Of a stretch of 64,000 nucleotides of DNA, positions 11,195-23,765 are shown piece by piece. Position numbers and translations under genes: made by a program. The notes beneath the pieces were generated by a model, which was given only the letters and a program-made list of their open reading frames with translations, made no database searches and had not been told where the DNA came from. Origin of the DNA: Ylistrum balloti. Taxonomy: Eukaryota. The DNA lies in NCBI RefSeq assembly GCF_031769215.1, contig NW_026782356.1:434001-498000 (forward strand). The letters are read 5' to 3'. Numbering within the stretch: the first letter of the stretch is position 1; every line of letters starts with the position of its first letter.

Positions 11195-13585
11195 CTAACT
11201 AAGTAAGCTATGTGTGATAGTCCACACCTGTACAGTATAACATTGTCATCCCCATGTGATAGTCCACACCTGTACAGTATAACCTTGTTAGCTGTGTGAT
11301 AGTCCACACTTGTACAGTATAATCTTGTTAGCTAAGTGATAGACCATACCTGTACAGTATAACCTTGTTAGCGGCGTGATAGACCACACCTGTACAGTAT
11401 AACCTTGTTAACTTTGTGATAAGTCACACCTGTACAGTATAATCTTGTTAGCTAAGTGATAGACCATACCTGTACAGTATAACCTTGTTAGCGGTGTGAT
11501 AGACCACACCTGTACAGTATAACCTTGTTAACTTTGTGATAAGTCACACCTGTACAGTATAACCTTGTTAACTTCGTGATAAGTCATACCTGTACAGTAT
11601 AACCTTGTTAACTTTGTGATAAGTCACACCTGTACAGTATAACCTTGTTAGCTGTGTGATAGTCCACACCTGTACAGTATAACTTTGTTAGCTGTGTGAT
11701 AGTCCACACCTGTACAGTATAATCTTGTTAGCTAAGTGATAGACCATACCTGTACAGTATAACCTTGTTAGCAGTATGGTAGACCACACCTGTACAGTAT
11801 AACCTTGTTAACTTTGTGATAAGTCACACCTGCACAGTATAACCTTGTTAACTTCGTGATAAGACATAGCTCTACAGTATAACCTTGTTAACTTTGTGAT
11901 AAGCCATACCTGTACAGTATAACCTTGTTAACTTTGTGATAAGTCACACTTGTACAGTATAACCTTGTTAGCTGTGTGATAGTTCACACCTGTACAGTAT
12001 AATCTTGTTAGCTAAGTGATAGACCATACCTGTACAGTATAACCTTGTTAGCGGTGTGATAGACCACACCTGTACAGTATAACCTTGTTAACTTTGTGAT
12101 AAGTCACACCTGTACAGTATAATCTTGTTAGCTAAGTGATAGACCATACCTGTACAGTATAACCTTGTTAGCGGTGTGATAGACCACACCTGTACAGTAT
12201 AACCTTGTTAACTTTGTGATAAGTCACACCTGTACAGTATAACCTTGTTAACTTCGTGATAAGTCATACCTGTACAGTATAACCTTGTTAACTTTGTGAT
12301 AAGTCACACCTGTACAGTATAACCTTGTTAGCTGTGTGATAGTCCACACCTGTACAGTATAACTTTGTTAGCTGTGTGATAGTCCACACCTGTACAGTAT
12401 AATCTTGTTAGCTAAGTGATAGACCATACCTGTACAGTATAACCTTGTTAGCAGTATGGTAGACCACACCTGTACAGTATAACCTTGTTAACTTTGTGAT
12501 AAGTCACACCTGCACAGTATAACCTTGTTAACTTCGTGATAAGACATAGCTCTACAGTATAACCTTGTTAACTTTGTGATAAGCCATACCTGTACAGTAT
12601 AACCTTGTTAACTTTGTGATAAGTCACACTTGTACAGTATAACCTTGTTAACTTTGTGATATTCCACACCTGTACAGTATAATCTTGTTAGCTAAGTGAT
12701 AATTCACACCTGTACAGTATAATCTTGTTAGCTAAGTGATAATTCACACCTGTACAGTATAACCTTGTTAGCTGTGTGATAGTTCACACCTGTACAGTAT
12801 AACCTTGTTAACTTTGTGATAAGTCTAACCTGTACAGTATAACCTTCTTAACTTCGTGATAAGTCATACCTGTACAGTATAACCTTGTTAACTCTGTGAT
12901 AAGTCATACCTGTACAGTATAACCTTGTTAACTTTGTGATAAGTCACACCTGTACAGTATAAGTCTGTGTGATAGTCATACCTGTACAGTAAAACCTTGT
13001 TAACTTTGTGATAAGTCATACCTGTACAGTATAACCTTGTTAACTTTGTGATAAGTCACACCTGTACAGTATAACCTTGTTAACTTTGTGATAAGTCATA
13101 CCTGTATAGTATAACCTTGTTAACTTTGTGATAAGTCATACCTGTACAGTATAACCTTGTTAACTTTGTGATAAGTCATACCTGTATAGTATAACCTTGT
13201 TAACTTTGTGATAAGTCATACCTGTACAGTAAAACCTTGTTAACTTTGTGATAAGTCACACCTGTACAGTATAACCTTGTTAGCTGTGTGATAGTCATAC
13301 CTGTACAGTAAAACCTTGTTAACTTTGTGATAAGTCATACCTGTACAGTATAACCTTGTTAACTTTGTGATAAGTCACACCTGTACAGTATAACCTTGTT
13401 AACTTTGTGATAAGTCATACCTGTATAGTATAACCTTGTTAACTTTGTGATAAGTCATACCTGTACAGTATAACCTTGTTAACTTTGTGATAAGTCACAC
13501 CTGTACAGTATAATCTTGTTAACTTTGTGATAAGTCATACCTGTACAGAATAACTCTGTGATAGTCCATAACTATACAGTGAAAC
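11195..13585. repeat. 40-bp minisatellite, about 59 copies, with an internal 680-bp block duplication
   Basis: Unit TGTGATAAGTCACACCTGTACAGTATAACCTTGTTAACTT and variants; rare variant units recur at offset 680 (11761/12441, 11861/12541). Confidence 0.98.
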
Positions 13586-14329
13586 TATGTTAACCCTGAA
13601 TTTAAATTATATTATTTACATGTGACAATGATAGTTAAAAGATTTTGAAGCGAAGTAAAAATAAAAATGTTGACTGTATAGGTGTTCTAATTAAAATGTC
13701 AGTTAAACTAGTTTTATTTCCAAGTTGATGTAAAAACTGTTTGATTGAAAGACTGGTTTGAAAATAGGGTGTATGACAGGATGAGAGCTTCTAGCACAAA
13801 TAACTAGCGTGTGCTATTTAACCATACTGACATGCAGCAGCCAGCCGTGTACAGACTGGTGTCAGATTAATTAGCATGTTAAAGGTGTAATTATGATGTA
13901 GAGGAATGCAGTAAAACTTTGACAATGCATTTATAAGAGGATAGTTATAGCCCTGTTGGAGGTACTGTCCTAGATTCTAATGTCTGATATATTCCTGGTG
14001 ACCTCTCACCCTGGTAAGGAGGATGACATGTACACAGCGACCTTTGACCCCAGCACTGAGGATGACACAGAGTGGTGTGCCCTTTGTTGTGAATTGTTAA
14101 ACAGGTGTGAGATTGATTTCAGGATGTGTTGAAGGGTTAATATTACCTATGGTTATTACACACCACTAACATTCTAACATAGGTTTTATATACATATATC
14201 TTCAGGTGTAGTTCAGCTGATTGTCACATTCCAGCCTTACTTTACATACATATATATATATATATATACAGCTTGTGTGGAAGATTCTCACTGATGTGTC
14301 AGCTAGAAAACTATGGAAATTTTCTCTAT

Positions 14330-14920
14330 GTATTTGACAACATTGACTTGACTTTTGAATCTTAAGTTGTCCATGCATGAAGATGTGCTATATTGCTAGA
14401 ACACTTGGTAGTCTCACGCAGGATAATAGGGTTGGTGGTGAGGTTTATACAACATGGCCAAACCAACATTAGAAAACTTTATAAGACTAAACATCCATTG
14501 TTAAGGTCAAAGATAGAGGTCAAGGAATTTAACAATTATTCTGGTTAACAACAGAAGCACTATGTTTTATACTTTTATAGTTAATATCCCCACAATTTAA
14601 AGAGTGAGACATGTAATGTTACATATGTCTGACCCATGCTTTTCTGATCATAACTTCTAAAACTTAATTTGTTTAAAATATTTGATCAGAATTATTTTGA
14701 GGGGTTCCAATGTCAACACCAATACTTTTGGAAATTTATAAACTAAAGTACATAGGAGCAAAGTTGTCCTTTAAAGTACTTTTTGATTTAGATTAAGATT
14801 TGTTGATTTGGTGGTACAAAAATTACTAAAAAGATCAAGGCAAAAGTTCAAAGGTCATATGTCAAATTAAATACTTTGGTATGATTTAATATGTTTTATA
14901 ATGTGCTTTCCATCCCAAAG
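14330..14920. mobile_element. Possible degenerate non-autonomous DNA element (AAGGTCA-rich)
   Basis: catgaagatgtgc, aaggtcaaagatagaggtcaagg and aaaggtcatatgtc resemble internal motifs of mollusc HINE-type repeats; no termini recognised. Confidence 0.3.
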
Positions 14921-15769
14921 ATCTGAAATCAACAGTAATGCTTTAAAAGTTTACATTCTAAAACATTGAGGAACAGCATTGTGGCAATTTTTATCTCCTG
15001 AAATGATCCTGTAGCCATTTAATTATAGATAATTATATCCGACTATACAGACAAAATAGTGTATACAACAAGAAGTAAACACAGAGGTGTAAGAAAAGAC
15101 AAGGTCAGAAAGGGTGTGGAATATTTCCATTGACGATGATCAATATGTGATGACAGGTATATGGGAACACATCAGTGAAGATGAGGTCATTTTGATGGGA
15201 CTATTGAACCATTTCATTGGATACAAAATAATGTTTCAGTGAAAGTATATTATACACAAAATTGTTTTTTCTCAACTAACTGAAATTTGTTTTTTAAATC
15301 TCTGACAAAGCTTGAAGAAATACAATTCAATATTGAACAAAGCCACTCTGTCACCCAAGATTTATGTTGAGATAAATAATGAATAAATTATATTTCACAC
15401 AAAAGCAAATGGAGAAAGTCAACAGTATTAATTATTCGCTGACAAAACCACTCTATAACAGGTCTGGCAATAGAAATAAAACTGCTTTGTTACAAAACAC
15501 ACCAGTCTAAGCTCTACAATGCATCCAATAGGAATTTGAATTGAAGATTTAGACTCTGCTAGCTCTGAACATTGATGAACAAAGAAAAACGTTATAAAGT
15601 TGGCAAATTAACTGATTCATTTTTGAATGCTTACCGGTGTTGTGAAATTTGATTCAATTTCTTTCTAAGTGTTGGGAGGGTGGTACACTCGACAGACACA
15701 TAAAAATATGACATTGTGTGGATATATAGAATAGCCTCTCTTTATCAGCAATGGTAGAAAACTTATCAT

Positions 15770-16250
15770 ATACAGTTAGACTGGATGTAAAATACATACC
15801 ATATAAGGCAGATTGGGCACAAAATGGCTTACCATATAAGGTTGGACTGGGCATGAAAAGACCTAACATGTAAGGTTACTCAACCGCACAAGAAAATATC
15901 TACCATATAAGACAGACTGCACATAAAAACATCTACCATACAAAACTGGCTTTAGGTATAAAAACTATTGTATAGGACAGACTGGGCTTAAAAAGATCTC
16001 CATAAGACAGACTAGGCATAAAAAGATCTCCATAAAATATCTACCTAAGACAGACTGGGCATAAAAAGATCACTATAAAAGATGTACCTAAAACAGACTG
16101 GGCATAAAAAGATCACTATAAAAGATGTACCTAAAACAGACTGGGCATAAAAAGATCACTATAAAAGATGTACCTAAAACAGACTGGGCATAAAAAGATC
16201 TACCCTATAATGCAGACTAGGCATAAAGGTCTGCTACCATATATGGTAGA
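15770..16250. repeat. 43-bp minisatellite with a degenerate left part
   Basis: Unit AAAACAGACTGGGCATAAAAAGATCACTATAAAAGATGTACCT; period 43 at 16081/16124. Confidence 0.9.
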
Positions 16251-18565
16251 TGTATACATAAGGTGAGAGACTATCCTGGCTGACCTTCTTTAGTGACACG
16301 GGAACACTAAATCCTGTGCAGGACATAATTATCTGATCTGGTTTTGTGATAGGTTATTGGTCGACATTTTGAATCCTGTTAAGCTTTATTTTGGATTCAT
16401 TAATTGCTTTCATTCCTGATAGATGGGCTTGAAAAAGAGATAGAAAGCTGTGAATTAATTATATCTAAGGTCAACTTAACAAAACTGCCTTTAGAAATAT
16501 TGCTTTGATTTGTTGCAAAACAGATGGTATACTGTTGCATTGGAGATTTGTGCAGAATTTAATTAAGATATTTTGGAATTAGAAATGGAATTGCATTAAG
16601 TTTCATGTGAGAGTATGATGGGATCTAGGAGGATGCTTGCTGAGACAGGCGGTTATTGGTTGGGTTAAACAGACAGTGTCTGTCACTTGTCTCTGTGTAT
16701 CTGGCCTGCAGATCAGCACCCATATCACTGTGACCCTACAGCCTCCATGTTAGTCATGCCACTTCCCGACAGAAATATCACAACCCGTAAAGTTCTTCTG
16801 CTACCTACTATGAAATGTCTTATAAGTGAACCTTTCATTTTAGTTGTCCTTCAAAAAAATAGAATTTGATTAATGTGGTAGTGTATTTCAAAAAAAAATT
16901 CATCTGGTTATTTCTTTCCAAAATTATTTTAGTTCAAGGATGGTGATGTCAATGCGGTGATTTGATTTATGCCATTGTGTCTGAAAGTGACATTGTTTTC
17001 TGTAGCAGGAGCTGAATCGCAAGGGACCTCTGACTGTTGCACAAGTTTGTCTATACCATGTACGAGTAGAACACGGCAACATATCCAGTAACAGGGGAGT
17101 CGCTAGTGCCAGTATTTATTTCATACTTTCAAACAGTTCTATGACAGAAGGTTTTCAGTAAAATGAATTTGGTACTCCAAGGTATTAGTGTGTCTATCAT
17201 GTTGTTAGAAACTTAGCAAAAAATATTAGATTATGAAGTTTCCTGGCTATATACTCTGTGACCCTACTAGACATCAGATGGACAAAGAAAGTGGTGAGGA
17301 AGCCATGTGACAAAGGAATAGGGACAAGGCCAATGTGCACTTTTCTGATTGGTGGAAAATGTAGGTATCATCAAGCACTAAAATTTCCTGTAGACAATTG
17401 TAAACAGTGTAAAATTGGCACAAGCAGTAATCACAGGAAGCGACTGATAAACAGCTATAGAGAAGAGATATGTAAACATGTATAACAATGTGACTTACAT
17501 ATATATAGATGAAGGTTATATGGTTGAGATTTTCTGGTTGCACGAATATAGCTCTGTATTACATGTTGTGCAATAGTTGACATTGTCCTATAGCAACCTT
17601 GGCAGGTAGACCACTACAAAGTATTGGTATATACATATTGGTGTGATATAGGGTTGTATGTTTGGTGGGTTTATTGTCATGTCAAGACCAAAATTTATTT
17701 TTAGGAAGGGTGACTACTTCCCTGAACAACATACAGGAGGCACATTGCATGTCACCCAGAGCAAAACCACTACAGCACATCTTGTTGTAACAGTCCATTT
17801 CGCAGCTTCAAGAAACACAAACAGCTGATTGACTTTATACATATAGGTAGCGTGATTGTAGCACATTATATAATCACTCACCAGTTAGCCACTTTAAGTT
17901 TGGTATTATGAAAAGATTTTGGAATTTACTATGGATTTTTATTGAGAAAGAAATTGGATGGTTTTATCTATTAACCTTAACTGTAAAAAATATCCAACGA
18001 TGTTAGAAATAAAGTAAAGGTGATCACTTTCTCATCAATTTTTCTATCTAATATCAAGTATTTTGTATTCTCTATCAAATCAAATAAAGAGAAATCACAA
18101 GTATGATACAAATGTAGCACACTGAATCAAAACATGTTAGGTGGCTCAGAAAAGTGTTATGTGACATGGGGTTAGAGCCTTTAGGCCAAGTCACTTGGTA
18201 TTCAAGACTGCCAGTTGCAAAATTTTGCGATCATGTTCAGAAGATAGAAGTTACAAGTAAAGGGAAGTTTTAAGGACCAACTCTACAGGCTGTCCAAGTA
18301 AGCTGTTTATTTTCAACACCACTTATAATTTCCTATCAAAATCTTTATCTAGCCAATAGTGAGAGAATGAATGAGTTGATTTAAATATGATATTGTTTTG
18401 AACACATGGAGTTGGGGGGTGGGGGAGAAGACATTTGAGAGATGAAAATGTATATGTACATTTTCTTAAGTTGGATTGGCAGCCCTCTGAGCTGGTGAAA
18501 TAATTAGAAAGTGTTGTCTACCACATACACAGCAGTAATGGTATCAGTCGGCAGATAGAAGTGCG

Positions 18566-18740
18566 TGTAAACACCAACTGTATCTATTGGAGGCCCCCTA
18601 ATTAGGCCCCCTATTTTACATGTGTAGGACAGGGGAGTAACAACAGGGAGGAATCACAATGTAAACACAGACATTATCAACTTGATTTCCCTTAATTAGG
18701 CCCCCCTACTACAAGTGTTTAACAGGGGAGGGCATTTCAC
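18566..18740. promoter_or_regulatory. Candidate enhancer: diverged 94-bp duplication with conserved TGTAAACAC, TAATTAGGCCCCC and ACAGGGGAG blocks
   Basis: Motif pairs at 18566/18660, 18599/18693 and 18629/18722; the intervening sequence has diverged. Confidence 0.4.
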
Positions 18741-19639
18741 AGCAGACCTATCAATCATAGGGTTGATAAGGTTGACCTGTGCTGCTAACTGCTGCCTTCT
18801 GAGCCTGTACTGGCCTGCCTGTTCTGACCAGCTCTTCTCACCTGTTGGCTGGCCTCTTTCAAACATAAAGTCACTCAAGTATGAGCTTGTTGTACACCTT
18901 TCATCCTCTTGTTGGATCTTATTAGAAATCTTGGGCATCAAATCTCCTGGTTGATAAAGTTATAAACTCATGCTTAGTGTGGAAAAACAGATTTCTTTTA
19001 TTGTTACAAATCATCACCTGATATGTGGTTACAGTTGGTAGGACATCACCCAACCCTGACTACTACTCACAAGGGTCAAATGATCCTGGACTAGGGTCAA
19101 AGGATGCTGAACCACATGATGCATCTATATGGGTGAAACATAAGCAATTTCCAGAAGCTTTTAATAAGATGGAGGTCTCACCTGAGCCAAGAAATCTTAC
19201 ATATCCAACATTTGATTTAACGCTTTAAGTCTTGAATTATCAAACCGTTTCATCATGTTACTTTCATTTAAAGATCATTTAAGGAAACCCACATGGATTG
19301 ATAACTGGGTTGAAGTGAAAACAGCAGTGGGCTGGGATCCTGATAGGCTGTGTATGATGTCCAGATATTGCCTCAAGTCCAATTTCTGTGATGTATGGCA
19401 ACTATGGCTGTGTCTGATGTTGTAATCAAGTCAATTCACTGCTACTTTTTCACAATTACAAGCATTTTGAGACAATATCCAGAAAAAACAATTACAAAAT
19501 ATGGAAAAAATTTACCATAGTAATTTTCCTATCAACAGACATAGCAACCAATATCTGCTTTTGATATCAAAGTTGTTGAGAGCTGGAAAGTAAATAAATT
19601 CTGTATACATGTAACATGTTAGCTAGTAGATGTAATAGG

Positions 19640-20420
19640 GTACTGTGTAAAGCGAGCAGGGGACATTTAATAGGGCTGTGTGTACCTGGGAAATTAAGTT
19701 GGGGCTGTATGTAAGGGACCTTTTATTAGAAAAATTAAGTATAGGGGACATTTATTAGGGACCGTACATATGTATCTGGGGCATCTAGTAGGGGCTATAT
19801 AGAAGGGACATTTCGTAGGGACTGTGTGGATCAGGGTTTATATGGAACAAGGAAATTTATTAGGGCTGTAGGTATAAGGGTTATTTAGGAGGGGTTAAAT
19901 GTAAATTGGTCATTTATTAGGGACTGTATATGTGTATCTGGGACATCTAGTAGGGGCTATATATAAGGGACATCTAGTAGGGGCTATATATAAGGGACAT
20001 CTAGTAGGGGCTATATGTAAGGGACATCTAGTAGGGGCTATATGTAAGGGACCTTTCGTAGGGACTGTATATAAGGGACATCTAGTAGGGGCTATATATA
20101 AGGGACATTTCGTAGGGACTGTGTGGATCAGGGTTTATATGGAACAAGGAAATTTATTAGGGCTGTAGGTATAAGGGTTATTTAGGAGGGGTTAAATGTA
20201 AATTGGTCATTTATTAGGGACTGTATATGTGTATCTGGGACATCTAGTAGGGGCTATATATAAGGGACATCTAGTAGGGGCTATATGTAAGGGACATCTA
20301 GTAGGGGCTATACTGTATATGACAAGGGCTATATATCTAGGGTTTATATGGAACAAGGAAATTTATTAGGGCTGTAGGTATAAGGGTTATTTAGGAGGGG
20401 TTAAATGTAAATTGGTCATT
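19640..20420. repeat. Mosaic repeat zone: 27-bp units plus a roughly 300-bp block present in two full and one partial copy
   Basis: GGGACATTTCGTAGGGACTGTGTGGATCAGGG at 19805 and 20102 (offset 297); TATATGGAACAAGG a third time at 20345. Confidence 0.9.
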
Positions 20421-20424
20421 TATA

Positions 20425-21085
20425 TATAAGGGACATCTAGTAGGGGCTATATATAAGGGACATCTAGTAGGGGCTATATATAAGGGACATCTAGTAGGGG
20501 CTATATATAAGGGACATCTAGTAGGGGCTATATATAAGGGACATCTAGTAGGGGCTATATATAAGGGACATCTAGTAGGGGCTATATATAAGGGACATCT
20601 AGTAGGGGCTATATATAAGGGACATCTAGTAGGGACTATATATAAGGGGATATTTGGTAGGGACTATATATAAGGGGATATTTGGTTGGGACTATATATA
20701 AGGGGATATTTGGTAGGGACTATATATAAGGGGATATTTGGTAGGGACTATATATAAGGGGATATTTGGTTGGGACTATATATAAGGGGATATTTGGTAG
20801 GGACTATATATAAGGGGATATTTGGTAGGGACTATATATAAGGGGATATTTGGTAGGGACTATATATAAGGGGATATTTGGTAGGGACTATATATAAGGG
20901 GATATTTGGTAGGGACTATATATAAGGGGATATTTGGTTGGGACTATATATAAGGGGATATTTGGTTGGGACTATATATAAGGGGATATTTGGTAGGGAC
21001 TATATATAAGGGGATATTTGGTAGGGACTATATATAAGGGGATATTTGGTAGGGACTATATATAAGGGGATATTTGGTAGGGACT
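20425..21085. repeat. 27-bp minisatellite switching to a 28-bp minisatellite
   Basis: TATATATAAGGGACATCTAGTAGGGGC (period 27 at 20461/20488), then TATATATAAGGGGATATTTGGTAGGGAC (period 28 at 20641/20669). Confidence 0.97.
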
Positions 21086-21199
21086 GCATGTATCAGACAC
21101 ATTATACAGAGGCTGTAAGTATCACCTAAGGGCAAGAAGTAGGCACTGTTCTTAACAGTGGAATTGATTAGGGGCTACATGCTTTACTGTATGTTAACG

Positions 21200-22310
21200 A
21201 GACATAAGTGGGGCAGTATGTTTTGGGGACATGAAGTAGGGGCAGTATGTTTTGGGGACATGAAGTAGGGGCAGTATGTTTTGGGGACATAAAATAGTGG
21301 GGGAAGTATGTTTTGGGGACATGAAGTAGGAGCAGCATGTTTTGGGGACATGAAGTAGGGGCAGTATGTTTTGGGGACATGAAGTAGGGGCAGCATGTTT
21401 TGGGGACATGAAGTAGGGGCAGTATGTTTTGGGGACATGAAGTAGGGGCAGCATGTTTTGGGGACATGAAGTAGGGGCAGCATGTTTTGGGGACATGAAG
21501 TAGGGGCAGTATGTTTTGGGGACATGAAGTAGGGGCAGTATGTTTTGGGGACATGAAGTAGGGGCAGTATGTTTTGGGGACATGAAATAGGGGCTGTATG
21601 TTTTGGGGACATGAAGTAGGGGCAGCATGTTTTGGGGACATGAAGTAGGGGCAGTATGTTTTGGGGACATGAAGTAGGGGCAGCATGTTTTGGGGACATG
21701 AAGTAGGGGCAGCATGTTTTGGGGACATGAAGTAGGGGCAGCATGTTTTGGGGACATGAAGTAGGGGCAGCATGTTTTGGGGACATGAAGTAGGGGCAGT
21801 ATGTTTTGGGGACATGAAGTAGGGGCAGCATGTTTTGGGGACATGAAGTAGGGGCAGTATGTTTTTGGGGCATGAAGTAGGGGCTATATGTTTTTGGAAA
21901 ATTAAGAAGGGGCTATTTTTAATGAGGACATGACATAGGGGCTGTATGTAATCAGGAACATTAAGTAGGGGCCGTATATAATCAGGGACATTAAGTAGGG
22001 GCTGTATATAATAAGGGACATTAAGTAAGGGCTGTATATAATAAGGGACATTAAGTAGGGGCTGTATGTAATCAGGGACATTAAGTAGGGGCTGTATGTA
22101 ATCAGGGACATTTTAAGTAGGGGCTGTATGCTTTGAGGACATTAAGTAAGGGCTGTATGTATTGGGGACATTACAAGTAGGGACTGTTTTTTGGGGGACA
22201 TTTATAAGTAGGGGCTGTATGTTTTGAGGACATTAAGTAGAGGCTGTATGCATTGCAGACACTAGGAGTAGGGGCTGTTTTTTGAAGGACAGTACAATAA
22301 GTAGGGGCTG
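21200..22310. repeat. 29-bp minisatellite (about 23 copies) with a degenerate 30-bp tail
   Basis: Unit GAAGTAGGGGCAGTATGTTTTGGGGACAT to about 21900, then TTAAGTAGGGGCTGTATGTAATCAGGGACA; explains ORFs 21168, 21184, 21194 and 21902. Confidence 0.97.
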
Positions 22311-22760
22311 GAACCAGTAACATCCTATGCTCATTAACAAATTTACTGAAAACTTGTGTCATTAAATCATGAGGCACTAACTTGTTCAACATGTGGATCA
22401 GTAATAAGGGGGACATCAAGTCCAGATTAGACCCGCATAATTAAAGCAGGGTAAAGTTACCACCCAATTAGAGAGTATTTTACATATGCATTCTACGCTG
22501 GTGTATCATCTGCCTGCTAGCTTCTCTCCTGTTTTTGTTTGTGAGGAGTGTACACTGCAGACATCTTCAAAGACTAAGCAGGTTACACACAACATTTGGT
22601 ACCTCACCCACTGCCTCGGGGAACTCTATTCCATTGAATTCATTATTCACACACACTTACATTGATAAATTTTGATATTATAGTAATTACATCATCGTTA
22701 TATTTCACACTTTCCAAATAGTAGCCTTAATCAGAAACAAAAAGGGAGATATAATCCAAG

Positions 22761-22782
22761 GGAGACAATTTTCGTTGTCTCC
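22761..22782. other. Perfect 8-bp-stem hairpin GGAGACAA-TTTTCG-TTGTCTCC, possibly the 3' hairpin of a rolling-circle non-autonomous element
   Basis: Arms are exact reverse complements and are preceded by AAAGGGAGATATAATC; the element assignment is inference. Confidence 0.35.
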
Positions 22783-23114
22783 TAGTTCATCCATCCACAG
22801 CCTTTTGTATTGATTTAATTTTCAAAGAGTGTAATCTGTTTGAAAATGATATTATTTATTTCTCTACTGGATGGGCTGTCATAACATATTTTGTTTCTGT
22901 GAATCAAGCATCCCAGCTATTGATTTTGTCTAAGTGGATCAGGTAGTGGTAATATCAGTTTTTCTCTTAATGGATCAACTACCCTAATGTATTGATTCAT
23001 AGGCAAACAATTCCACACTGGGCACAGCTTCATGATCACTATCAGGGCATCTTTATATCAGCTGTGTCTGATGGACAACACTTCCTCATTCTTTTATTGA
23101 CTATTTAATACACT

Positions 23115-23600
23115 TCTGGTGTTAGATTTCTGTACTGAGGTCTTAATGCCTGTCTGATGTTAACATTTCTGTACTGAGGATTTAATTCCTGTCTGATGTT
23201 AACATTTCTGTATTGGGGACTTAATTCCTGACTGATGTTAACATTTCTGTATTGAGGACTTANNNNNNNNNNNNNNNNNNNNNNNNNNNNNNNNNNNNNN
23301 NNNNNNNNNNNNNNNNNNNNNNNNNNNNNNNNNNNNNNNNNNNNNNNNNNNNNNNNNNNNNNNNNNNNNNNNNNNNNNNNNNNNNNNNNNNNGTTAACAT
23401 TTCTGTATTGGGGACTTAATTCCTGTCTAATGTTAACATTTCTGTATTGGGGACTTAATTCCTGACTGATGTTAACATTTCTGTATTGAGGATTTAATTC
23501 CTGACTGATGTTAACATTTCTGTATTGAGGATTTAATTCCTGACTGATGTTAACATTTCTGTATTGAGGACTTAATTCCTGACTGATGTTAACAATTTTC
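23115..23600. repeat. 39-bp minisatellite spanning an assembly gap
   Basis: Unit TGTTAACATTTCTGTATTGAGGATTTAATTCCTGACTGA on both sides of the N run. Confidence 0.95.
23263..23392. other. Assembly gap (130 N)
   Basis: Run of N inside the 39-bp array. Confidence 0.99.
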
Positions 23601-23639
23601 TAGTGAGGGCTGAAATCATGAAGAAGAAAATAGGGTCAC

Positions 23640-23765
23640 ATGCCTGACCACATACGTTTTCCCCCGGTACTCCACTGTGGTTTTCCTCCACAGTAAAACC
23701 CCTATATAAGCATGCTTCTACGGGGCATCAAAACGACTAACATAAGCTGATAATTTATAATTTTG
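23640..23765 (+). mobile_element. Degenerate SINE fragment (V-domain-like core)
   Basis: GTTTTCCCCCGGTACTCC(ACTGT)GGTTTTCCTCCACAGTAAAAC matches the recalled widespread SINE core GGTTTTCTCCGGGTACTCCGGTTTCCTCCAC. Confidence 0.5.

Noticed and set aside
11195-13585. CRISPR-like look (constant block plus variable block), also seen at 405-1984 and 49195-51302
   Set aside because: The variable parts are a few related alleles that recur, not unique spacers; there are no cas genes and the context is eukaryotic.
19025-19228. Protein-looking 67-aa ORF (VGRTSPNPDYYSQGSNDPG...)
   Set aside because: Short, GTG-started, with a weak acceptor and no family recognised; within chance expectation for 64 kb.
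21168-21873. Three overlapping ORFs of 215-229 aa
   Set aside because: A 29-bp period cycles through the frames, giving the same peptide in all three; pure repeat artefact.
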